This document shows positions 10,540 through 19,068 of a stretch of 61,189 nucleotides of DNA, in pieces (positions within the stretch are counted from its first letter, which is position 1; each line of letters opens with the position of its first letter). The position numbers and the translations under genes are program-made. The stretch is from positions 1 to 61,189 of the forward strand of contig DVFV01000096.1 in assembly GCA_018713045.1 (NCBI GenBank), given 5' to 3'. The notes beneath the pieces were generated by a model. The model was not told where the DNA came from. It made no database searches and saw only the letters and a program-made list of their open reading frames with translations. The stretch comes from Candidatus Coprosoma intestinipullorum. GTDB taxonomy: Bacteria > Bacillota_I > Bacilli_A > RF39 > UBA660.

Positions 10540-11048
10540 AGCTCTTTATCAATCCTTTCTTTTAATTCTTTAGATAAAACTTTTTTTGCATTATCTCTCA
10601 AATAAAAAGCTGTTGGTCTCATAAATGGTTTAGGCGACTGTGGATGCATAATAAAAAACTCCTTACCATTAATCATGATTGGAGTTCCAAAGTCTCTAGG
10701 AGCTTTATCTACTGGCAATAACCAATATTGATAACCGCTTTTTAAGAAAGTTTTAGTAGTTCCTATATGCTCCATTTCTGCTTCTGTACCTGTACCATAT
10801 TCAAGAAATAAAGCATGACTAAATTTCTTCTTGTCTGTATGAAGTCTTCCTATAACATAATTTTTATCTGACTTTGTTTCATACGGTATCATGCTCTCAT
10901 CTTTTGTACCAATTTTATTATCAAATGCAACTTTTTGACCATCTTTAAGCACTTTTTCCATTGCTTCCATGGTGTTTTTTTCGAGATTATTTGCTATTTT
11001 ATTAAGCTTTTTTTCTAAAGAATCAAGGCCTTTAATTTGTATATCCAA
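10536..11048 (-). CDS. HK97 gp10-family head-tail joining protein
   Basis: The N-terminus (MDIQIKGLDSLEKKLNKIANNLEKNTMEAMEKVLKDG) matches the typical gp10-family pattern. Confidence 0.5.
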   Translation of the reverse strand: MDIQIKGLDSLEKKLNKIANNLEKNTMEAMEKVLKDGQKVAFDNKIGTKDESMIPYETKSDKNYVIGRLHTDKKKFSHALFLEYGTGTEAEMEHIGTTKTFLKSGYQYWLLPVDKAPRDFGTPIMINGKEFFIMHPQSPKPFMRPTAFYLRDNAKKVLSKELKERIDKEL

Positions 11049-11049
11049 T

Positions 11050-11376
11050 TTAACTTCCTTTATAAGTATTACAAATAATCAAAGTAGTTGTACCTATTTT
11101 AGTAACTGAATTAACAAGATATGGAGGTTTACTATTATCCGGAAGTTTTTCAAAAGATATACCATCATTTTTATTAACATCAACATTTTTTGTTGTACGT
11201 AACTTGATAGTTTCATAATCAATTACTCCAGAGCTATTTCTATCTAACTCATTAACATCTTGTTGAGCATTTAATTTAACAGTATTTTTATATTTCCAGT
11301 TATTAGAAACCTCGCCATCTTTTTTTTCTTCAGTTTTCTGATAAACATAAACATCTGTAAGTAAAGCTAATCTCAT
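11050..11376 (-). CDS. Putative head closure / head-tail adaptor protein
   Basis: 108 aa. Call is based on position, with overlapping stop and start codons. Confidence 0.4.
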   Translation of the reverse strand: MRLALLTDVYVYQKTEEKKDGEVSNNWKYKNTVKLNAQQDVNELDRNSSGVIDYETIKLRTTKNVDVNKNDGISFEKLPDNSKPPYLVNSVTKIGTTTLIICNTYKGS

Positions 11377-11660
11377 ATAACTTTCCTCACAGAAATAACA
11401 TCACGTTTCAATTTAGTCTCAATATCATCATAACTGTCAGAAATACTTCCTACAGTTTCAGATGCTTTTCCTTCACTACCTCTACGAATATAGGCTGCTT
11501 TTACAGCATTATAGATATATGGATAAAGCTTTTCATCTTCGGCTTTTCGGTTAGAATTATTTGCGGCAATAGTTCCATAAAGTTCAATAAAGTTTTTAAC
11601 AACATCTTCATCTTCTTTTTTATAATTATCGCCTAAATCTTTAATGATTTTATCTAACAT
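11373..11660 (-). CDS. Putative head-tail connector (gp6-like)
   Basis: 95 aa, the first gene after the capsid block. Confidence 0.4.
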   Translation of the reverse strand: MLDKIIKDLGDNYKKEDEDVVKNFIELYGTIAANNSNRKAEDEKLYPYIYNAVKAAYIRRGSEGKASETVGSISDSYDDIETKLKRDVISVRKVI

Positions 11661-11674
11661 TCTAACACCTCACT

Positions 11675-11890
11675 TTATTCTCCATTTTTTTCAGAGTCTT
11701 CTGTTTCTTCTGGATTTTTAGAGTCATCCATTTTATTTGAATTTTCTGATTTTTTAGAGTTTTTATTTTGCCTAATATTATTTTTAGTCTCTTTTATCTC
11801 AGTGTATTGACTATCTTTTTCAAAGTATTTAGCAATACTATCAACATTTACATTATAAATTACTCCCTGTTTATTTTTAAATTTACGCAT
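11675..11890 (-). CDS. Hypothetical Lys/Glu-rich phage protein
   Basis: 71 aa, same strand, with an RBS context after the capsid gene. Confidence 0.35.
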   Translation of the reverse strand: MRKFKNKQGVIYNVNVDSIAKYFEKDSQYTEIKETKNNIRQNKNSKKSENSNKMDDSKNPEETEDSEKNGE

Positions 11891-11910
11891 TTTTATTCTC
11901 CTTTCTTATT

Positions 11911-12738
11911 TTAAGCAGTTGCTTTTGAAACATAAATAGCTGCTTTTTTATTATTTCTAACAAATGCAGTAAAGTAGATTCTACCTTCTACTAATGAACC
12001 ACTGACGCCTGGTGCATCGGTATGAATTTTATATTCAGTAAGTTTAGCTGCAAAAGTAGTAGCTACTGGATGTGCTAAGATGAAATTAACCTTTTCTGGT
12101 AAAAGTCTTGCAGGTACTTTTTGAATTAAGTCCCCATCCATTTCACCAACAACGCCTTTAATTCTCATATTTTGTCCAATCTCAGTATCCAATACTGCTC
12201 TGTCATCAGCTTTTAAATTCTTGTGAGTAGTAGGATTTAACACAGCAACACGTCCTTGCTCAGGAACACTAGCTTCATCTTGTATAGCATTAGCAGTTGC
12301 TAAACTATCATAAGTATTTTGAGCAGTAAGATCTTCAGTAGCAGTAGTTCCAGCATTATCTGCCATTTTCTGATAAACATATTTATCTACATATGGAACA
12401 ACTTCTTGATCTAACTCTCTAGCAAGTGCTTTACCTGCATTTAATGCTCCAAGAGTTTCATCTTCATCCATTTTATCAATTGTGAATGTAAATGACTTAT
12501 CCTCTTCCATCTCAACTTCTTGAATAGAAGTATCTAAGTCTTCTGGTGTACCGTATCTTGAAGTCCCAGCCGTATTTCTACCATAATCGTTTAATGGAGC
12601 AGTACCTACTGTATAAATAGAAATAGAATGAGTACCGATAAAATCATAATCGCTATTTACAACTAATGAACTTTTACTTTCAGTTTTGAATTTTTCATCG
12701 ACCACTGGACTAAATTTTTTAGCTAAATTAATCGCCAT
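11911..12738 (-). CDS. Major capsid protein
   Basis: 275 aa directly after the scaffold gene, with a strong RBS (AAAGGAAAGGTGAT). Confidence 0.65.
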   Translation of the reverse strand: MAINLAKKFSPVVDEKFKTESKSSLVVNSDYDFIGTHSISIYTVGTAPLNDYGRNTAGTSRYGTPEDLDTSIQEVEMEEDKSFTFTIDKMDEDETLGALNAGKALARELDQEVVPYVDKYVYQKMADNAGTTATEDLTAQNTYDSLATANAIQDEASVPEQGRVAVLNPTTHKNLKADDRAVLDTEIGQNMRIKGVVGEMDGDLIQKVPARLLPEKVNFILAHPVATTFAAKLTEYKIHTDAPGVSGSLVEGRIYFTAFVRNNKKAAIYVSKATA

Positions 12739-12757
12739 ATTATCACCTTTCCTTTAC

Positions 12758-13372
12758 TTATCTTTTTTTGTTTGCAAAATAATCATTAAATCCTTTTAAA
12801 TAAGGGTCTGATGTTGTTTTGTTATCATCAACAGCCTTTGGCGGATTTTGTTTTAATTTGTCTTTTAAATAGTTATCCAAGTCTTTACTTCTTAACTCTG
12901 TAAATTTATCAATCTTCTGTTTGATACTTTCAGCAGTTTCATGTGCATAATCTAAATCTTCAATATATCCGATAGGTAAACCTTTTTGATTTGCATATGA
13001 GGTTGCCTCTGTTTTAAGTGTTAAGGAATTAACTTGGCTCTTATATTTTTCTGCTTCTTTTCTAGCAGTTTCTAATTCATAATTAAGTTTTTGTTCAGTG
13101 TCCATTTTTGCTAATTTTTCGGCTTCATTTTTTTGGTTTTTGGCTTCTTCTAATAATTCGGCTTTAATCTTTTCTCTTTCGGCATTAACAATCTTGTTGA
13201 GTTCATCACGTGTATAAGTTTTTCCTGTGTTAGTATTACTACTATTACTTTGGTTTTGGGTATCCTTTTGAGCGTCCCCATTTTCTCCTGACGTCTCGGT
13301 GTCAGTTACCATATCATTGCCTTCATCAGCAAACATTTGAATGTTTAAAGGCATAAAAAATTTGTTATCCAT
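12758..13372 (-). CDS. Capsid scaffolding protein
   Basis: Start chosen at MDNKFFMPLNIQMFADEG, after RBS AGAGAGGG. The protein is acidic and coil-rich, and sits upstream of the capsid gene. Confidence 0.6.
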   Translation of the reverse strand: MDNKFFMPLNIQMFADEGNDMVTDTETSGENGDAQKDTQNQSNSSNTNTGKTYTRDELNKIVNAEREKIKAELLEEAKNQKNEAEKLAKMDTEQKLNYELETARKEAEKYKSQVNSLTLKTEATSYANQKGLPIGYIEDLDYAHETAESIKQKIDKFTELRSKDLDNYLKDKLKQNPPKAVDDNKTTSDPYLKGFNDYFANKKR

Positions 13373-13460
13373 TGATAACCCTCTCTTTCTTTTACGGATA
13401 GAAATTATCCAAACAGTTGCTAAAGGCAACTAATCTAATTCGTTACGGTGAATTAAGCCA

Positions 13461-13489
13461 AACAAAAAACACCTCAATACGGGTGTTTA
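13461..13489 (-). terminator. Rho-independent terminator inside the late operon
   Basis: Minus strand reads AAACACC-CGTATTGA-GGTGTTT followed by TTTGTTT. It lies after the 65-codon ORF and before the scaffold gene. Confidence 0.5.
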
Positions 13490-13587
13490 GTGCTTTATAA
13501 GCACTGTGAGAAATACCAAGTTCTACGGTCAAATAAATACTTGATAAATCTCACACTACTTATAAAGTAGTGCATAATAAAAGACAC

Positions 13588-13785
13588 TTATTCAGTATCT
13601 AATGTTATTTCCAATTCTTTAATTCTCTTTTTTATATACTTAGCAAGTTCTTTATGAAATTTATCTCCGTATGTATAGCTTTCATTTTCGTCTTTAAACT
13701 TAATTTTTTTTACTTTTTCAAAATATTCCTTATACTTTTCATCAATTTCTTTCATTAACATATATTTTTTTTCATCATTAGTCAT
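13588..13785 (-). CDS. Small protein translationally coupled to the MuF gene (candidate immunity/partner protein)
   Basis: RBS AAGAGGTGG then ATG at 13785, overlapping the last codons of the upstream gene (CATGACTAA). 65 aa, Lys/Glu-rich. Confidence 0.4.
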   Translation of the reverse strand: MTNDEKKYMLMKEIDEKYKEYFEKVKKIKFKDENESYTYGDKFHKELAKYIKKRIKELEITLDTE

Positions 13786-15226
13786 GTGTCCACCTCTTAT
13801 AACCAAAATCATATTGATATGAACTTTTAATATTGTCTAAATGGAAAGCCTCATCTTTATTTTCGATTTGTTCTAATTCTTCCATTGTAGGCATAGACAT
13901 TTTAAAATTCTTATTACGGTTAAATTCATATATATATTTATAATCAATACCTCTCAACCTACTAATTTTTTCTTCATTAAACATATTCATATCAAGAGAA
14001 CTAAGAGAAAATCTCGTTTGACTTTTTGGATGATTATGAGTAACAATTGCATCGGTTAAATCTATATCTTTAGCATTAACATTACCCTCAGTTCCGACAA
14101 AATGATAAACATTACCATTAGGTTGAATGACATACATATTTTCTATCTCTTCATTAACAATACTTTTTTCATATTCTGCTAATTTCTTATCAAAATCTTT
14201 TGGTTTTATTCTCTCGACAAAAGCATCTTGATTAGTTATATTGTACATTTTTTGATACGTTAAATCAATATTATAAGTTATAGTACTTCTGCACCAATGA
14301 AAATGATTATCAATAGGTGGTAAATTATCTCCTAAAGATAATCCTTTAGTGCTGTAATTGACTATACGTTTATCCATATCACTATATCTTCTGTAATTAT
14401 TTACTTTATCTAACGAAAATATCTGGCCATCTAAAGAACTACACATTTTTGTAGTCTTATCATCTATTTCAGCAATAAATCTACATTTTTTTACATTGTT
14501 TTGTAATCCCGCTTCTAAATAACTCTCATTAACCATTGTTTCAGCAACATTTACGATTGCACCGCTTTTAAGATTGTCACTAATTATTCTATTGCTTTGT
14601 TTTCTAAGTAAATCTTTATAAAAAGCGTTATCTACATCTAATTTTTTTTGTAATTGAATATTAGCTAATGTTTTTTTATATAATTCATCAGCATTGGACA
14701 CAGCTAAAGAAAGTAAATATGTTCTATAAGTTGCATCTAATATAGGAATATTCATAAGTGTATACCATATAGGCAATTTAAAAGGCACTAACTCTTTAAT
14801 TTTAGGTTGTGCCTTTTTTATATCTTCTAATCCTTGATTATAAGATATTTCACAAACGCTATATAACAAATTATCTGTATATTCTAATAATGTTTTATTT
14901 TCTTCAATATATATACCCTCAATCATTATAGAAAGCATTTCTGCATAAGTAACATTCTTTTTATTTAAGATTAATCTAGCTTCATAACCAAAATAATCAG
15001 TTAATAAGCCTTGATCTTGTAAATCTTGAATATATCTATCTAATCTATTTTTTTTAGACTTAGGTATAGTTTTGTTGATATCTTGATAAGCAAAATCAAC
15101 ACTATTGAATATATCTTGCAGTTTATCTTGAGTTTTACGATTAAGCTTTTTATATTTGTCTAAATATTCAGAAAGCTTTTCATCTATTTCTTTCCATCTT
15201 TCATTAAGTAGTTGTTCATTATTCAT
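13778..15226 (-). CDS. Head morphogenesis protein (SPP1 gp7 / Mu F family) with an extra C-terminal JAB/RadC-like domain
   Basis: Sits directly after the portal gene. MuF-type core: CRFIAEIDDKTTKMCSSLDGQIF ... PPIDNHFHWCRSTI. The C-terminal ~150 aa contain GTEGNVNAKDIDLTDAIVTHNHPKSQTRFSLSSLD. Confidence 0.65.
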   Translation of the reverse strand: MNNEQLLNERWKEIDEKLSEYLDKYKKLNRKTQDKLQDIFNSVDFAYQDINKTIPKSKKNRLDRYIQDLQDQGLLTDYFGYEARLILNKKNVTYAEMLSIMIEGIYIEENKTLLEYTDNLLYSVCEISYNQGLEDIKKAQPKIKELVPFKLPIWYTLMNIPILDATYRTYLLSLAVSNADELYKKTLANIQLQKKLDVDNAFYKDLLRKQSNRIISDNLKSGAIVNVAETMVNESYLEAGLQNNVKKCRFIAEIDDKTTKMCSSLDGQIFSLDKVNNYRRYSDMDKRIVNYSTKGLSLGDNLPPIDNHFHWCRSTITYNIDLTYQKMYNITNQDAFVERIKPKDFDKKLAEYEKSIVNEEIENMYVIQPNGNVYHFVGTEGNVNAKDIDLTDAIVTHNHPKSQTRFSLSSLDMNMFNEEKISRLRGIDYKYIYEFNRNKNFKMSMPTMEELEQIENKDEAFHLDNIKSSYQYDFGYKRWTHD

Positions 15227-15237
15227 TTTATAAACAC

Positions 15238-16929
15238 CTACTTATCTTCTTTGTCTTTCTTTTCTTTATTTGTGGAATTTTCTTTATCATCTATTTTCTT
15301 TTCTTGTTCTGCTTCAGTGTTATTTTGAACATCATTTATTATTTGATCACTAGATTTCATTGTATTAATCTCATCTTTTCCAGTTTGTTCTTGTAAAGTG
15401 GTTTCTCCTATATCTGCACCACCAGCTTCCAACATTTTCATACGCTTAATATTAGCAAGCATATTATCTTCGGCTTCACTGTCTTTCTTATTTTTCTCAT
15501 CAAGATAATTATATCCAATCTTCTCAATGATGGTTTGTTCTGACAAGATGTTTTGAAGTTTTAACATACTATCAATAACTTCATCATTGTTTGCTGGTAA
15601 ATTTTTAGGTAAATCTATATCAATATCTCTAGCATCAAATTTTGTATTCTTTTTAAGATTAATTCTCTCAAAAATAAGTTTCCAACGTCTTTGATATGCT
15701 TTTTTAAGCTTAGATATTACACTTGCAGTCATCATATTCATGATGTAGAATTTTCTATCAATTGCACTTGCATTTAAATCTGTGCTATTAAATGCCAAAT
15801 CTGACGTATTTGGAATACCTGCCAATTGGAACATTAAATTCGTATAAACCTTCAAAGTTTCTACTGCTCCATTACTGTCTAATGGCTTTGTAATCCAATC
15901 TACATCGCCACCCTCAGCAACATATAAATTCAAAGCCTTTTGAATATATTCATCTTCTTTTTTTCTAGCTTCATTTACAATCGTTTTAGTTTTAGTAGTT
16001 CCATCTTCATTTAAAACTGGGTTACCTTCTTCATCTTTTACTTCAACCTCAGTAGTTATAGGGTTCTCAGGCATATAACCACTAAATTTTAACTTACAAT
16101 CAGTATCGTTATACTGAAATGTATTCCTAATATTCTTTATTAATGTTTCAAAGCATTGAATAATATCCTCACAAGGTTCAAATATAGCATAATCAGTTTC
16201 TACTGCGATAGCTGGAACATCTCCCCAATTATGGTTTTGATTATCTGTTTCAGTTACTTCTTTATAGTTTTCGGTAATAGAATATGTTTTAGTACCGTTT
16301 TTATCGGTAATCTCACACTTATGGATAATTCTATCGTTTATATCGCTTTCATCCCATACACGTACTAAAGCTATTAAATTAGCAGGTATACTATAATCCC
16401 AAAGTGCTACTGTTGATAAAGGACTATATTTAGAATAAACTATCTCATTATCTTTATTTTCGTAAAGTATCTCATAGCAACTTGTTAATTCTAATAAATC
16501 ATGCACTAATTCATGATGTTCCGTAGTGTCATCATTAAAGCCAGTAACATAATCAATTACAAGTTCCATGGCAGTTTTATATTCTTCATCGCCTACTTCT
16601 CTATCAAACAATTCTTTAAGAAGTTTTTTCTTGTCATCTTCTTGCGAACAAGTAACTGAATAAACTGGTGTACCACTTAAATAACCTGCTGCTATATCTG
16701 TTAAGAACTTCTCATAACTAACCACAACATTACTCTTTTTATTTAACTCTCCATCTTCTTTTTGGCTAACTGTGTACATCAATGTTTTATCATCGGCTTT
16801 TCTGGAGTATTTAGCATGTAATTGTTTCCTTTTTTCTAATACGGGTTGTATCTTTTGCATCAATTTCGGAATAGTTTCTCTTATATTGTTACTGTCAGTA
16901 ATTGTTTCTAGATTGCTAATTCTTATCAT
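15238..16929 (-). CDS. Portal protein (SPP1 gp6-like)
   Basis: About 563 aa starting at MIRISNLETITD. Lies between the terminase large subunit and MuF genes. Confidence 0.8.
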   Translation of the reverse strand: MIRISNLETITDSNNIRETIPKLMQKIQPVLEKRKQLHAKYSRKADDKTLMYTVSQKEDGELNKKSNVVVSYEKFLTDIAAGYLSGTPVYSVTCSQEDDKKKLLKELFDREVGDEEYKTAMELVIDYVTGFNDDTTEHHELVHDLLELTSCYEILYENKDNEIVYSKYSPLSTVALWDYSIPANLIALVRVWDESDINDRIIHKCEITDKNGTKTYSITENYKEVTETDNQNHNWGDVPAIAVETDYAIFEPCEDIIQCFETLIKNIRNTFQYNDTDCKLKFSGYMPENPITTEVEVKDEEGNPVLNEDGTTKTKTIVNEARKKEDEYIQKALNLYVAEGGDVDWITKPLDSNGAVETLKVYTNLMFQLAGIPNTSDLAFNSTDLNASAIDRKFYIMNMMTASVISKLKKAYQRRWKLIFERINLKKNTKFDARDIDIDLPKNLPANNDEVIDSMLKLQNILSEQTIIEKIGYNYLDEKNKKDSEAEDNMLANIKRMKMLEAGGADIGETTLQEQTGKDEINTMKSSDQIINDVQNNTEAEQEKKIDDKENSTNKEKKDKEDK

Positions 16930-17239
16930 CGCCGTATACCTCCTCAAAATTAAATCTTTCTTTTTTGTCCACAATAAAAGGCTTACCTCTTGCAATAGAT
17001 AAAGCCTTTTTAGTTACCTCTTTAATGTTTTCTTTTTTCATATTTATGTAAAACTTATATCTTTTCTTTTTATCAAGCCATAAACCACCCATAGTTCCTA
17101 CTATATTAGGCACTGTATTATCTTTTGAATGGTTATCAAATATGATTAACTCCTCATCATCTTTAAGCGGTAATAAACTGCATAACACATCATGTATATA
17201 ACTCTCACTTTCATCTGTCACAACTATATAACTTTTCAT
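16916..17239 (-). CDS. Small protein resembling the N-terminal part of a GT-A (family 2) glycosyltransferase
   Basis: 107 aa. IVVTDESESYIHDVLCSLLPLKDDEELIIFDNHSKDNT resembles the GT2 N-terminal pattern. Lies between the terL and portal genes. Confidence 0.3.
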   Translation of the reverse strand: MKSYIVVTDESESYIHDVLCSLLPLKDDEELIIFDNHSKDNTVPNIVGTMGGLWLDKKKRYKFYINMKKENIKEVTKKALSIARGKPFIVDKKERFNFEEVYGDDKN

Positions 17240-18511
17240 CTATAACACTCTCCTATTACTGAATTCCCATTTTCTTTGAATTGTATAATCTTCAATTGCG
17301 TATCTTGCTGCATCTATTGAATGGTTATTTTTATCGGGATACTTACTTACAAAATTTCCGTATTTATCCTTGTCATATTCATAAGTACTAAACTCTCTTG
17401 CTGTATTTGGACATCGTTTATTATCTATCACTATTTCTTCTAAATTCTGTAAAAATCTAATGCCATAGTCAATACTATCAGCACCTTTTTTAGCACCTTT
17501 AACAAGTAACCCATATGCTCTTAACTCATCAATACTCTTTGGCTCTGCACTATCACAAGTAATATAACTATGCCCTATCTTAATTCTTTTAATTTCATCA
17601 GCTAGTTTCTTGTTGCTCATACCAACTTTATATATTTCGTTAAAAATAAAAAGTCTTTTTCTTGTCTTATCATATTGCATTTGCAAATAACAATCAGGGT
17701 CTACTGCATATCCGAAGTCATTACCATCAAGTATATTATCAAATTGTTTTATTTCTTTATCAGTAATTTCTCTGATATGAACATTAGTAAATACTGCCCC
17801 ACCTGTTCCAGTAGGTTCTCCTAAATATTCATTACGATATGCAAGTTCATTAGTTTTCTTTAAATGTTCGGCTTCGATTATAAATTGCTCGCCAAGCCAC
17901 TCAACTGGTACATCTAAATATGTACTAGAATGTACTATTCTATCTTCTCTTTCATTTAGTACTTCTGTATTTACCCAACTTGATAACAATTTGGGCGGGT
18001 TGTACGAATAAAATACTTGATAACCACTACCACCACGCAATAATGATTGAAGTATATTTCTGACTTCTTCCATGCCAAAGAATTCGTCTAATTCTTCAAA
18101 CCAAACATATTTACAAAAACCTTTTTGAAACTTAGTAGATTTTAGTTTTCTATAATCATCTTTATTGTTAGAACTTCTAAACTTAATAACTTGTCCTGAT
18201 GGTTTATATTTTAATTGTAATGGACTTACTTTAACATCCCAATATTCAGATACTTTTAACTGTTCTATGCCCCAAATAATTTGAGCATAAACGCTATCTG
18301 CTAAAGTATCGCCTACTTTTCTTAAAACAACGGCATTTGAAAATATTCCGTTTTGAAAATCTAGCATTATCTTTAATGGTATAGCTATACCTATAAAACT
18401 TGATTTTGTACTACCACGCCCACCTTTTAACCAATAATGTGTATGTCTTTCATCTAACACATCATCTAATAAATCGTAGAAAGGTTTTGCGATTATATTA
18501 TAGGGGTTCAT
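17240..18511 (-). CDS. Terminase large subunit (PBSX/XtmB type)
   Basis: 423 aa with Walker A-like GGRGSTKSS and a C-terminal nuclease-like region. Confidence 0.85.
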   Translation of the reverse strand: MNPYNIIAKPFYDLLDDVLDERHTHYWLKGGRGSTKSSFIGIAIPLKIMLDFQNGIFSNAVVLRKVGDTLADSVYAQIIWGIEQLKVSEYWDVKVSPLQLKYKPSGQVIKFRSSNNKDDYRKLKSTKFQKGFCKYVWFEELDEFFGMEEVRNILQSLLRGGSGYQVFYSYNPPKLLSSWVNTEVLNEREDRIVHSSTYLDVPVEWLGEQFIIEAEHLKKTNELAYRNEYLGEPTGTGGAVFTNVHIREITDKEIKQFDNILDGNDFGYAVDPDCYLQMQYDKTRKRLFIFNEIYKVGMSNKKLADEIKRIKIGHSYITCDSAEPKSIDELRAYGLLVKGAKKGADSIDYGIRFLQNLEEIVIDNKRCPNTAREFSTYEYDKDKYGNFVSKYPDKNNHSIDAARYAIEDYTIQRKWEFSNRRVL

Positions 18512-18804
18512 TCTTTAGGCCGCTCTATTTTAATAACAGGTGGGTTAATGTTTTGAATTTGTTCAATTGGCTTTTCACCAACTGTATCTCTTAATAGTTC
18601 AAAGGCTCTCGTGTTTCCTTTCTTTGTTTCTTTTATCATAGCTTTAATCATAGCTTCTAAAGTTTTATCATCTAAATTATCATTAATAGCTTCTCTAAAG
18701 GTTTTTCTCATAGCTCTAGCTTTACCACTAGCAATACCACCTTTCCGCCCATACTTTCGAGCTTCTTCCGAGGTTAAGATTTTTAAATTTTGAGTATTTG
18801 CCAT
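18508..18804 (-). CDS. Putative terminase small subunit
   Basis: 98 aa, basic (KYGRKGGIASGKARAMRK). Overlaps the terL start by 4 nt. Confidence 0.5.
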   Translation of the reverse strand: MANTQNLKILTSEEARKYGRKGGIASGKARAMRKTFREAINDNLDDKTLEAMIKAMIKETKKGNTRAFELLRDTVGEKPIEQIQNINPPVIKIERPKE

Positions 18805-18861
18805 AATATCACCTTCTTTATTGCATAATAAAAACCGCTTATGCGGTTAATAACTAATTAT

Positions 18862-18936
18862 TGGCGGTCTGTATGAGAATTGAATTCATCTTGCATACGT
18901 GACAGGTATGTGTCATAACCATTAGACCAACAGACC
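18862..18936 (-). tRNA. Phage-encoded tRNA-Asp (anticodon GTC), CCA encoded
   Basis: Hand fold: acceptor GGTCTGT/ACAGACC is 7 bp and perfect; D arm GTC-TAATGGTTAT-GAC. The anticodon arm CATAC-CTGTCAC-GTATG has the same CTGTCAC loop as the E. coli tRNA-Asp recalled from memory. T arm is ATGAA-TTCAATT-CTCAT, discriminator G, then CCA. Confidence 0.75.
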
Positions 18937-18940
18937 AACA

Positions 18941-19068
18941 ATGTATCAATGAACGGACTCGAACCGTAATCCCACGCATTTTTACGTGCCTCTATACCAT
19001 TTAGGGGACTGTTTCCACAAACAGTTAAAAATTTCAAGGAGTCGAACCTATCAACATCATTGATACAT
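18941..19068 (-). ncRNA. tRNA-like structured RNA (non-canonical; two T-arm-like hairpins, no 7-nt anticodon loop)
   Basis: A perfect 12-bp terminal stem (ATGTATCAATGA/TCATTGATACAT) encloses five elements. These are AGG-TTCGACT-CCT, ACTGTTT-GTGG-AAACAGT, CCCCTA-AATGGTA-TAGAGG, CACG-TAAAAATG-CGTG and ACGG-TTCGAGT-CCGT. Confidence 0.35.
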
